A stretch of DNA of 31,932 bases from Candidatus Moraniibacteriota bacterium (GCA_049290475.1 JBATNS010000007.1:1-31932); one strand, 5' to 3'; positions 8,614 through 16,508 are shown, numbered from the stretch's first letter. Numbers and translations: made by a program. Notes: generated by a model not told the origin, from the letters alone.

Positions 8614-9295
8614 TGGTCTTGTTATTATCACGGGTCTCCTGATCACTGGAACTATTTTCTGGTTGTTTTTCCGTCCGGCTCCGATTCTGACAGGAACGGA
8701 TGAACCAGCCCTGGTTCCGACCGCGCCAGCGGCTGAAATTCGAATTGTCGCTTTCGGTGATAGTCTGACCGCGGGCTATAATTTACCGATTGATGAGGCA
8801 TACCCGGCGATTTTGGAACGCGCACTTGCCCTGCGCGGCTGGTCGGTCGAAGTCATCAACTCGGGTGTCTCGGGCGAAACTTCAGCCGGCGGCGTGCGTC
8901 GGGCGGAATTCATCCGAAGTCTCAATCCGGACATCGTACTCTTCGGCCTCGGTGGTAATGATGCACTCCGACTCCTTCCGCCCACCGAGCTTGAGAAAAA
9001 TCTTTCCGAAGCGCTTTTAATCTTACGTTCTGGTGACGATCCACCGCGAGTGCTCCTTATCGGGATGCGAGCGCCAGCTAATGCCGACGAGACCTATCGG
9101 ACAGCTTTCGATAGCGTGTACCCGAAGCTCTCGAAAGTTTTCAGTCTTCCGCTCGTTCCGTTCTTTCTCGAAGGTGTTGCGCTTGATCCGCGCTATACGC
9201 TTCCTGATGGTATCCATCCAAATTCGGTTGGCTACGAGATTATCGTTAACCGGATATTGCTTCCGCCGCTCCTCGAGATCCTTCCTGAGTTATGA
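8597..9295 (+). CDS. GDSL/SGNH arylesterase (TesA-like) with N-terminal anchor
   Basis: [29 protein letters not shown] and DGIHPN blocks. Start MKKTT at 8597 followed by a hydrophobic helix. Confidence 0.92.
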   Translation: MKKTTSGLVIITGLLITGTIFWLFFRPAPILTGTDEPALVPTAPAAEIRIVAFGDSLTAGYNLPIDEAYPAILERALALRGWSVEVINSGVSGETSAGGVRRAEFIRSLNPDIVLFGLGGNDALRLLPPTELEKNLSEALLILRSGDDPPRVLLIGMRAPANADETYRTAFDSVYPKLSKVFSLPLVPFFLEGVALDPRYTLPDGIHPNSVGYEIIVNRILLPPLLEILPEL

Positions 9296-9568
9296 CGAGG
9301 GCTGCTACGGCGACCTATACCGCATGTTCCTGAGCCTTCAGGATGCATCATCACCACCGCGGTATTTCTCTCATTGTTTGAGTGTTGTCAGTAGCCGGAC
9401 CCAATCAGGCGGTCTACACTGGTGGTATCAATCCGCTACGCTGAGATTGCAAGCGTCCATCGTACCGTGGCCTCATGGCCAAAAGTGCATCAGGCCGAAA
9501 GTATCAGCGAGGGTGCGGTCATGATGTTCTTACGAAAGGCATTTCATAATCCAATCATCACAAAACAT

Positions 9569-9970
9569 ATGGGCGCCGAAGCTGAGTGGTATGCCAGTCT
9601 CATCAAGCCGACCTGGGCGCCACCCGAGTGGCTCTTCGGTCCGGCCTGGACAGTGTTGTATGTTATCATCGCCATAAGTTTTGCGTATGTCGGAATCCGA
9701 TACTGGAAGGGACAGATTGGTTTCATGGTCCTCCTGCCGTTTATTCTGAATCTCGTTTTCAACCTCGCCTTTACGCCGATCCAGTTTGGTCTTCGGAATA
9801 ATTGGCTCGCGGCAATCGACATCATCTTGGTCTGGGTCACTCTCGTCTGGGCGCTCGCTGCTATCCGATCGCATATCCCGTGGGTGGCCTATGCGAATCT
9901 GCCATACTTTCTCTGGGTGTCATTTGCTTCGGTACTCCAGATATCCATCACCTGGCTCAATCGTTTGTAG
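9569..9970 (+). CDS. tspO: TspO/MBR tryptophan-rich sensory protein (short form)
   Basis: WYASLIKPTWAPPEWLFGPAWTVLY, LNLVFNLAFTPIQFG, PYFLWVSFASVL. The longer GTG-start extension is not TSPO-like. Confidence 0.9.
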   Translation: MGAEAEWYASLIKPTWAPPEWLFGPAWTVLYVIIAISFAYVGIRYWKGQIGFMVLLPFILNLVFNLAFTPIQFGLRNNWLAAIDIILVWVTLVWALAAIRSHIPWVAYANLPYFLWVSFASVLQISITWLNRL

Positions 9971-10007
9971 GCAGGGTATAATAGGGTCGAAATAATCACT
10001 AAGTTAT

Positions 10008-10250
10008 ATGATTCATATGTTCAAAGCGAATGTTGGCACGTTCGACCGTCTGGCTAGAGTATTCGTCGGACTCTTTCTTATGTGGTACGGCTACGACCAT
10101 CAGTCGTGGTGGGGACTGCTCGGTCTAGCCGTTTTTATGACTGGCGTCTTCGGAACATGCGGACTCTACACACTGATCGGTTTTTCGACATGCCCAATCA
10201 AAACTGGAGAAGCATCCCGACCCGTCCCACCAGTGAAGCCGGTTGTGTAA
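10008..10250 (+). CDS. DUF2892 (YgaP-like) membrane protein
   Basis: NVGTFDRLARVFVG...TGVFGTCGLYTLIGFSTCP. TATAAT at 9977-9982 upstream. Start may be 10017. Confidence 0.88.
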   Translation: MIHMFKANVGTFDRLARVFVGLFLMWYGYDHQSWWGLLGLAVFMTGVFGTCGLYTLIGFSTCPIKTGEASRPVPPVKPVV

Positions 10251-10277
10251 AGACGAGAATGCTCGCTGGGCTCACGT

Positions 10278-10667
10278 ATGCTCCGAAAATACCCTTTGAT
10301 TCGGCGTCTCAGGCACTCAATTGACTATTGGTCGATGCCGCATTTTCTCTTGGGGATGCTGGTTGCGCTTTTTGGGCGCGTCATGGAGTATCCTGCCATC
10401 CCGCTCTTTTTTGTCACTATTTTGATTGCTATCGTCTGGGAGCTCTTTGAGATGCGAATCAATATCCGCGAAGAACGGATTAATGTCGCCTCAGATATCT
10501 TCATGCCCCTTCTCGCGTATATTGTGACGCTTTGGCTCGTCGGCAGTGAGCGTACAAACCATGAACAGCGGGTGGCACTCCTGATAGTGACGATTATCTT
10601 CTATAGCTTGGTCAGTTACGCGGCGTGGCGAGCGCGTTTTGATCAGGATCCCGACTTCCTTGACTAG
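10278..10667 (+). CDS. Hypothetical 4-TM membrane protein
   Basis: Four hydrophobic segments with DYWSMPHF, WELFE and N..SD polar motifs. Fills the gap between neighbours. Confidence 0.7.
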   Translation: MLRKYPLIRRLRHSIDYWSMPHFLLGMLVALFGRVMEYPAIPLFFVTILIAIVWELFEMRINIREERINVASDIFMPLLAYIVTLWLVGSERTNHEQRVALLIVTIIFYSLVSYAAWRARFDQDPDFLD

Positions 10668-10681
10668 ATGCCTTTTTCTGA

Positions 10682-11239
10682 CTACTTCCCGTCCTTCATC
10701 GCCTTCACTTCACGGAGGAGCTCTTCCAGCGCTCCCTGGATGTGAGTGATTTTTTGTACATCGTGGGTGCGGTCAGCCGTGTATTCCTGATCGTCTTTTT
10801 CAATCTCTTCACCAAGATCTTCAACATCTTCGCTGATTTCCTTCACGTCTTCTTGGATGTCATCGATATCTTTCGATATTCCCTCGACCTCTTCCGAAAT
10901 ATCCTCCACGTCCTCACCGATTTCCTCAACGTCTTCGCTGATTTCTTCGACATCCTCACTGACCTCGGTAAGCTTCTGAGCCTGATGATTGACGGTGATT
11001 TGGATAAAAATAGATAGATAGATTGCCTCGAGCGACACGACAGTCGTGAGGATGAGCATGATCTCCTCGAAGGTGTAGCCCACCCATTGGAGGGTGAAAA
11101 TACCGACGAAGAAAATCGAATGGAGTACGAGCGACACCGGAGAGCCGATATATCGCGGCGCTGCGAGAGCAATTCGCTCGAGGAGGTGGCGGCGCTTGGT
11201 AGGCGTCGTTGGTGGAGTAGTGATTACCTTTTGTTCCAT
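10682..11239 (-). CDS. DUF1003-like membrane protein with an acidic coiled-coil tail
   Basis: IGS..SLVLHSIFF and LTTVVSLEAIYLSIFIQITVN helices, followed by heptad repeats. Confidence 0.78.
   Translation of the reverse strand: MEQKVITTPPTTPTKRRHLLERIALAAPRYIGSPVSLVLHSIFFVGIFTLQWVGYTFEEIMLILTTVVSLEAIYLSIFIQITVNHQAQKLTEVSEDVEEISEDVEEIGEDVEDISEEVEGISKDIDDIQEDVKEISEDVEDLGEEIEKDDQEYTADRTHDVQKITHIQGALEELLREVKAMKDGK
10796..10963 (-). repeat. Eight degenerate 21-bp / 7-aa coding repeats
   Basis: VSEDVEE ISEDVEE IGEDVED ISEEVEG ISKDIDD IQEDVKE ISEDVED LGEEIEK (aa 93-148). Confidence 0.9.
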
Positions 11240-11329
11240 GTGAGCGTTGTTAGTGTGTATATCGACAGCCTACGGTGTTTCCCTCGGATTGGAAAGAGAG
11301 AAGCATACACGTGGGGCTTATCGGGGAAT

Positions 11330-11365
11330 AAAAAAAGTGCTTCCCTACCTGACGGGTCAGCACTT
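11330..11365 (-). terminator. Intrinsic terminator of the putative ncRNA
   Basis: AAGTGCT-GACCCGTCAGGTAGGGA-AGCACTT running into a T7 tract (11336-11330). Confidence 0.6.
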
Positions 11366-11487
11366 GAACGAAAAGCCCTCAATGCGGGTCTGACGACTGA
11401 ATCCCAAAAATGATAGTGTCGGAAAAATCATTTCCCTGAGTACCAGGTGGGTTTCAATTTTTCGCTGGACCGTTCTGAAGGCTTTCC
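11330..11487 (-). ncRNA. Structured non-coding RNA (rod-like fold; candidate miniature 6S RNA or new family)
   Basis: 13-bp closing helix 11487-11475/11382-11370 plus nested helices with G-U pairs only on this strand. Promoter directly upstream, terminator directly downstream. Confidence 0.65.
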
Positions 11488-11493
11488 ACCACG

Positions 11494-11520
11494 AGTATAG
11501 CACTTCCGGAGGAGTGTCAA
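11494..11520 (-). promoter_or_regulatory. Sigma70-type promoter of the putative ncRNA
   Basis: TTGACA (11520-11515), 15-bp spacer ending in TGC, TATACT (11499-11494). The spacer is short, but an extended -10 TG is present. Confidence 0.65.
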
Positions 11521-11545
11521 CAACTGCCGAGCGTCTCATGGATTT

Positions 11546-11554
11546 TGGTATACT
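11546..11554 (+). promoter_or_regulatory. Extended -10 element for the hydrolase gene
   Basis: TGGTATACT upstream of ATG 11597. Confidence 0.55.
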
Positions 11555-11596
11555 TAGTAGTAAAGGAGATTAATTTTTTTCTACTATCCTTCTTCC

Positions 11597-12646
11597 ATGA
11601 GATTGCTCACGGTATCCATCATCATTCTAGTCCTCACCGGTGGAATATTGTTCTGGTATTGCTCACAAAGCACTAATCCGGCGACCGATGATTCGCTGGA
11701 AATAAAGAGTACTGAAACGCTTCCGAGGACCGAGGCGGAGAACATGGTTTCTGAAAGATCTTCAGCTAATCCCGTTTCCCTTCCGGCGCTCATGGAAAAA
11801 ACCTATGATGGTCACGATTTCCGACTCGGACGAATCCTGGATGATAACAGTGCCTATACGCGCTACATTATCACTTACCAGAGTGAGATATTCACCATCT
11901 CAGGTATCATGAATATTCCCAAGGGGATTCCACCAGCTTCCGGGTGGCCGGTGTTGTTTCTCAATCACGGCTATATCGATCCAGCAATCTATACGAACGG
12001 CCGGGGACTGAAACGGGAGCAGGATTACCTCGCGCGGCGCGGCTATGCGGTCATCCATTCCGACTACCGCAATCATGCCGAGAGCGATGATGATCCTGAG
12101 AATGAATTGAATTTTCGGCTTGGCTACACAGTCGATATCATCAATGCGATCACGGCCCTTCGAAAATCAAAGCTCCCAGGAATCGATACGGAGCGAATCG
12201 GTATGCTTGGCCACTCGATGGGCGGTGGGGTGACGCTCAATACGCTGGTGGTTGCTCCTGAGCTGGTAGATGCCGCCGTGCTCTTTGCGCCGGTATCAGC
12301 AAATTACGAGCGTAATTACGAGCGCTGGACTCGTTCGGATAGTGATCAGGGAAAGCGTATTATCGAGCGCTATGGTACCCCCGAGCAGTCGCCAGAATTC
12401 TGGAACGGTATTTCCGCCAAGAACTATTTCGACCGGATAGCGACCCCGATTCAGAATCATCATGGCACTGCTGACGCTTCCGTCGAGATTAAATGGTCGG
12501 ACGAGCTTGACCTGTGGCTGAAAGCAGCCGGAAAAAGCCATGAGTACCTCGTCTATCCTGGCGAGCCGCATGAATTCGTCCAGGCTTGGCCGCTCGTCAT
12601 GGCTCGAACCCTGGCGTTCTTTGACGAACACGTGAAGGGACAGTAG
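11597..12646 (+). CDS. Membrane-anchored alpha/beta hydrolase (S9 peptidase-like)
   Basis: NHGY, DYRNHA, nucleophile GHSMGG, HGTAD and GEPHEF (Ser-Asp-His triad). N-terminal TM helix. Confidence 0.9.
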   Translation: MRLLTVSIIILVLTGGILFWYCSQSTNPATDDSLEIKSTETLPRTEAENMVSERSSANPVSLPALMEKTYDGHDFRLGRILDDNSAYTRYIITYQSEIFTISGIMNIPKGIPPASGWPVLFLNHGYIDPAIYTNGRGLKREQDYLARRGYAVIHSDYRNHAESDDDPENELNFRLGYTVDIINAITALRKSKLPGIDTERIGMLGHSMGGGVTLNTLVVAPELVDAAVLFAPVSANYERNYERWTRSDSDQGKRIIERYGTPEQSPEFWNGISAKNYFDRIATPIQNHHGTADASVEIKWSDELDLWLKAAGKSHEYLVYPGEPHEFVQAWPLVMARTLAFFDEHVKGQ

Positions 12647-12685
12647 TGACAAGACATGCGCTATACTGGAGTGGCAAAACAAACT

Positions 12686-13915
12686 ATGAAAAAACTTCTT
12701 CTCTATACGTTTTTTCTCTTCTTTTCAGCGGGCCTCTTTGTTGGTGTGTACTGGTTCAATTGGTTCCATCAGTCTGTTGGTCCGGGCCAAGAGGTAACTT
12801 TTATCGATGATAGGCCGGTTGTGAGTGATGTGCCGATTGTCCGAGATGCCCCCGATACCGATGGCCGCACGCCGGAAAAAAATCCGCCGGTGAAAGTCGA
12901 AGCGATCGCCTCGGGCCTCGATACACCCTGGGAGTTAGTCTTCACCTCGGCTGATCGCATTCTTGTGACAGAGCGGCCCGGCCAGATCCGAGCCATTGAA
13001 AACGGTATTCTTCGCGAGAAGCCGCTCCATGTCTTTACAGAGGTTGTCGAGAAAGGTGAGGATGGACTCATGTCGCTCGCACTTGACCCGGCTTATCCGG
13101 AGAATCGTTTTCTCTATGCGGCTGTCGCGTACAGCGACGGCGATAAACTCTGGGTGAAAGTGATGCGTTTTGTGGACGCTGGTGACAAGCTCACGGATTC
13201 ATTTGTGGTCATCGATCGAATCCCAGCAGCACAGTTCCATGCCGGTTGCCGTATTGCGTTTGGCCCGGACAGCAAACTGTACATCTCGACTGGTGATGCG
13301 ACCGACAAGGCATTCGCACAGGACGTAAGCTCACTTGCGGGGAAAATCCTCCGTATCAACAAGGATGGGACGATTCCAACGGACAATCCGTTCCCAGGAA
13401 GTGCGGTCTGGTCATATGGTCATCGCAATCCGCAAGGCCTTGCCTGGCATCCGGACAGCAGACTCTTCTACGAGACTGAGCACGGCCCCTCAATTATCGA
13501 CGGTCCGGCCGGTGGAGACGAGGTCAACGTGATCGAGCGGGGCGGCAATTATGGCTGGCCGATTGTTTCGCACGAAAAGAGTCGTGAAGGTATGATTTCC
13601 CCACTTCTTGTCTATACGCCGGCTGAAGCACCCGGATCACTCATGATTTACTCGGGCCGCGTTTTTCCGGAGTGGCGAGGAAATATATTTTTCGGGGCCC
13701 TCAAGGGCGAAGGATTAATGCGGATTCGGATGGACGGCGTTGACCCGAAGAAAGTCGCCGCCTATGGCAAGCTCCGTGAGGTGTCGTTTGGTCGTATCCG
13801 CGCGGTAGTCGAGGGGCCAGATGGCAATATCTATTTTACGACTTCGAACCGGGATGGTCGTGGGAAACCAGCTCCACTCGATGATCGTATCTTCCGCATC
13901 CGCGCTCAGGACTAG
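12686..13915 (+). CDS. PQQ-dependent sugar dehydrogenase (GSDH / YliI-like beta-propeller), N-terminally anchored
   Basis: GLDTPW, VTERPG, GEDGLMSLALDP, HAGCRIAFGPD.KLYISTGD, YGHRNPQGLAW, GGNYGWP, FGRIR. TATACT at 12662-12667 favours start 12686. Confidence 0.92.
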   Translation: MKKLLLYTFFLFFSAGLFVGVYWFNWFHQSVGPGQEVTFIDDRPVVSDVPIVRDAPDTDGRTPEKNPPVKVEAIASGLDTPWELVFTSADRILVTERPGQIRAIENGILREKPLHVFTEVVEKGEDGLMSLALDPAYPENRFLYAAVAYSDGDKLWVKVMRFVDAGDKLTDSFVVIDRIPAAQFHAGCRIAFGPDSKLYISTGDATDKAFAQDVSSLAGKILRINKDGTIPTDNPFPGSAVWSYGHRNPQGLAWHPDSRLFYETEHGPSIIDGPAGGDEVNVIERGGNYGWPIVSHEKSREGMISPLLVYTPAEAPGSLMIYSGRVFPEWRGNIFFGALKGEGLMRIRMDGVDPKKVAAYGKLREVSFGRIRAVVEGPDGNIYFTTSNRDGRGKPAPLDDRIFRIRAQD

Positions 13916-13930
13916 ACTTTTGTGTGAGGG

Positions 13931-13959
13931 TTGACGTTGGTACCCCCGGGGGGTATAAT
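13931..13959 (+). promoter_or_regulatory. Consensus sigma70 promoter containing a palindromic operator
   Basis: TTGACG, 17 bp, TATAAT. The spacer and -10 contain TACCCCC-G-GGGGGTA (13941-13955). Confidence 0.8.
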
Positions 13960-14015
13960 ACAAAGGTGAGTTAAACGCGGTTGAACCTAACCCATCACCA
14001 ACAGGAGAAACACAT

Positions 14016-14813
14016 ATGGACAAGTACATTCCTAAAGTAACCGGACATGCACTCGTCCTCGGGGCGGGTGGCATCGGCACGGAAATCATTCGTGCGCTCG
14101 TCGCGAACGGTGCCAGTGCTGTCAGTTTCACCTACCACTCCGGCAAGGAGAAGGCGGAGGCACTGAAATCCGAACTAGAAGCGGAGGGTGTGAAAGCTCA
14201 TATCTTCCAGCTCTCGGAAGTCAAGGATGAGACGGAAGCAGCTTTCGCACAGTCGCTTCAGACAGCGGTTGATGTGATCGGCGAGGAAATCTCGGTGGCA
14301 GTCGATACGATCGGTGTCTCGCCAAATGTCGATTTTCTCAAACAGAACATCAACTCTGTCGAGCGCGACAAAGAAGGCTGGCGTCGCGTGTTTGAGGTCA
14401 ATGTCTTTAGTTCGGCGCTTGCCGCGCGGGTCATCCTCGAACGGATGCACGACAACGGCGTGAAGGGATCGTATGTCGTCATTTCTTCGACGAACGGCAT
14501 CAACTCGTACGACGAGATGTCGTGGCCTTATGACGAATCGAAAGCCTCGCTCGTCCTCCGCCCGCGTATCCTCTCCAAGCGGTATGCCAAATACGGTATC
14601 CGCGTCAATGGTGTCGCACCTGGCTGGATTGATACGCCGATGAACAAGACGCTACCGGCCGACTACCGCGAGCAGGAGATGAGCCTCATCGGTGTCGGTC
14701 GGTTCGCTGAGCCGGCTGAAGTCGCGAGTGTTGTCGCATTCCTCTCCGGATCCGGGGCCAGCTACATCCATGGGCAGACCATCATCGTCGATGGCTACTA
14801 CCCCATGAACTAG
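14016..14813 (+). CDS. SDR family oxidoreductase (FabG-like fold)
   Basis: GAGGIG, ISS, catalytic YDESK, IRVNGVAPGWIDTPM, YIHGQTIIVDG. AGGAG RBS upstream. Confidence 0.92.
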   Translation: MDKYIPKVTGHALVLGAGGIGTEIIRALVANGASAVSFTYHSGKEKAEALKSELEAEGVKAHIFQLSEVKDETEAAFAQSLQTAVDVIGEEISVAVDTIGVSPNVDFLKQNINSVERDKEGWRRVFEVNVFSSALAARVILERMHDNGVKGSYVVISSTNGINSYDEMSWPYDESKASLVLRPRILSKRYAKYGIRVNGVAPGWIDTPMNKTLPADYREQEMSLIGVGRFAEPAEVASVVAFLSGSGASYIHGQTIIVDGYYPMN

Positions 14814-14824
14814 GCAGTCAGCTT

Positions 14825-14856
14825 CAGAGTCTTCGCAAGGAGACTCTGCTTTTTTT
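14825..14856 (+). terminator. Intrinsic terminator after the SDR gene
   Basis: CAGAGTCTTC-GCAA-GGAGACTCTG (10-bp stem, GNRA loop) followed by C and T7. Confidence 0.85.
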
Positions 14857-14906
14857 CTCCCGAACGAGTAGCATAGGAAAGCGCTCAATTTATAAATTTT
14901 CAGATT

Positions 14907-16064
14907 ATGCCGACCAAAAAGACAGTGAAGAAAAACTACCCCAAGCTCGCCCTCGCGCTGCACAAGAAACTGCGTGGCAAAGTGGAAGTCACGCCGAAAG
15001 TCCCTGTAACGAACAAAGAAGACCTGGCGCTCGTCTATACACCTGGTGTCGGTGCAGTGTCGAGTCATTTGGCCACTCACCCCGATGAAGTTGCCAAGTA
15101 CACGATGAAGGGGAATATGGTTGCGGTCGTGTCCGATGGTTCGGCGGTACTCGGTCTCGGTAATATTGGGCCTGAAGCAGCACTCCCGGTGATGGAGGGG
15201 AAAGCAATGCTCTTCAAATCGCTTGCTGGTGTGGATGCGTTCCCAATCGTGCTCGCCACTCAGGATACGGAAGAGATTATTGAAACAGTGAAACGGATCG
15301 CGCCTGGTTTTGGTGGCATCAATTTAGAAGACATCGCTGCCCCACGCTGTTTCGAGATCGAACGGCGACTGCAAGACGAGCTCAACATCCCGGTCATGCA
15401 CGATGACCAGCACGGGACGGCGATGGTAGTTCTCACGGGTTTCATCAATGCGCTCAAGGTCGTGAAGAAGAAAAAGGAGTCAGTCTGGGTCGTCATCTCG
15501 GGCGCCGGCGCGGCCGGTCAGGCAATTGCGGAGCTGCTTCTCATGTATGGCGTTCAGAATATTGTTATGTTGGATAGTCGTGGTATTCTCGGACCCAACC
15601 GTACTGATCTCGATCAGCACAAGCAGGCGCTTCGGGCTGAGACGAATCCCGATGGCATCGACGGGGATTTCACGACCGCGATTGCCGGAGCTGATGTGTT
15701 CATTGGTGTTTCCAAGGGCGGACTCCTGACCGAAGATCATGTGCGAGCGATGGCTGCTGATGCTGTTGTCTTTGCTCTGGCCAATCCCGTTCCGGAAATT
15801 ATGCCGGAGGTGGCAATTGGAGCAGGTGCTCGAGTTGTGGCGACGGGTCGATCGGATTTCGCCAATCAGATCAACAACTCCCTCGGTTTCCCGGGTATCT
15901 TCCGCGGAGCGCTCGATCACAAGGTGAAGAAGATTACTGACGCGATGCTTGTGAAAGCGGCGAAAAATCTCGCTGCCCTGGTCGTAAGACCAACCGCTGG
16001 TAACATCATTCCGAACACTTTTGATAAGCGTGTCGTAGCAGCGGTCGCCAAAGCGATCCGCTAG
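14907..16064 (+). CDS. NAD(P)-dependent malic enzyme (short prokaryotic type)
   Basis: YTPGVG, DGSAVLGLGNIGPEAALPVMEGK, INLEDI, HDDQHGT, GAGAAG, ANPVPEI, TGRSD..NQINNSLGFPG. Confidence 0.95.
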   Translation: MPTKKTVKKNYPKLALALHKKLRGKVEVTPKVPVTNKEDLALVYTPGVGAVSSHLATHPDEVAKYTMKGNMVAVVSDGSAVLGLGNIGPEAALPVMEGKAMLFKSLAGVDAFPIVLATQDTEEIIETVKRIAPGFGGINLEDIAAPRCFEIERRLQDELNIPVMHDDQHGTAMVVLTGFINALKVVKKKKESVWVVISGAGAAGQAIAELLLMYGVQNIVMLDSRGILGPNRTDLDQHKQALRAETNPDGIDGDFTTAIAGADVFIGVSKGGLLTEDHVRAMAADAVVFALANPVPEIMPEVAIGAGARVVATGRSDFANQINNSLGFPGIFRGALDHKVKKITDAMLVKAAKNLAALVVRPTAGNIIPNTFDKRVVAAVAKAIR

Positions 16065-16106
16065 GGCCAATGAATGAAGTGTTATACTAACCGTAACAAA
16101 CTACCT

Positions 16107-16508
16107 ATGCTTTGGATCAAAACCTATCTCCTCACCGTGCCGGTCCTTTTTGCGATCGATATGCTCTGGCTCGGGTTTTTTGCCAAGGACTTCTATCGGG
16201 CCCAGATCGGCTTTCTTCTCCGGACTGAGTTCAACTGGTTTGCGGCGATTCTCTTCTATCTCCTCTTCATCGCGGGCATCCTGTTCTTCGCGGTGGTGCC
16301 GGCACTCGAGGCTGGTGGCTGGCAGCGGGCGCTCCTCTACGGCGCACTGTTCGGGTTTTTCGCCTATGCGACCTATGATCTGACCAATCTCGCGACCGTG
16401 CGTGACTGGCCGATGCTTGTTACCCTAGTCGATCTCGCCTGGGGGACATTTCTCTCAGCGATAGTCGCGACGGCCGGCTATCATATCGCACGATTCTTCC
16501 AGGCATAA
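16107..16508 (+). CDS. DUF2177 family membrane protein
   Basis: IDMLWLG, FY..QIG, GALFGFFAYATYDLTNLAT..DWP, VDLAWG. TGTTATACT at 16080-16088 supports start 16107. Confidence 0.9.
   Translation: MLWIKTYLLTVPVLFAIDMLWLGFFAKDFYRAQIGFLLRTEFNWFAAILFYLLFIAGILFFAVVPALEAGGWQRALLYGALFGFFAYATYDLTNLATVRDWPMLVTLVDLAWGTFLSAIVATAGYHIARFFQA

Noticed and set aside
10796..10963. 21-bp periodicity as a CRISPR array or VNTR
   Set aside because: There are no spacers, and the repeats are degenerate at DNA level and in frame within a CDS.
11337..11358. SRP RNA-like words (GUCAGGU...GGAAGCA) on the minus strand
   Set aside because: The CCGGAAGG GNRA hairpin and AGCAG loop of SRP helix 8 are missing. The segment is better explained as a terminator.
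11396..11440. CUGAAUCC on the plus strand, reminiscent of the c-di-AMP (ydaO) riboswitch
   Set aside because: The rest of the motif is absent, and pairing favours the minus strand (A-C mismatches on plus).
11357..11539. 60-aa minus-strand ORF and the 108-aa plus-strand ORF (11087-11413) over the ncRNA region
   Set aside because: Neither has protein-like features. One starts upstream of the promoter, the other overlaps a real gene antisense.
13965..13999. Possible 5' UTR hairpin or riboswitch before the SDR (GGTGA...TCACC)
   Set aside because: The stem is short and interrupted, matches no riboswitch I recognise, and does not cover the SD.
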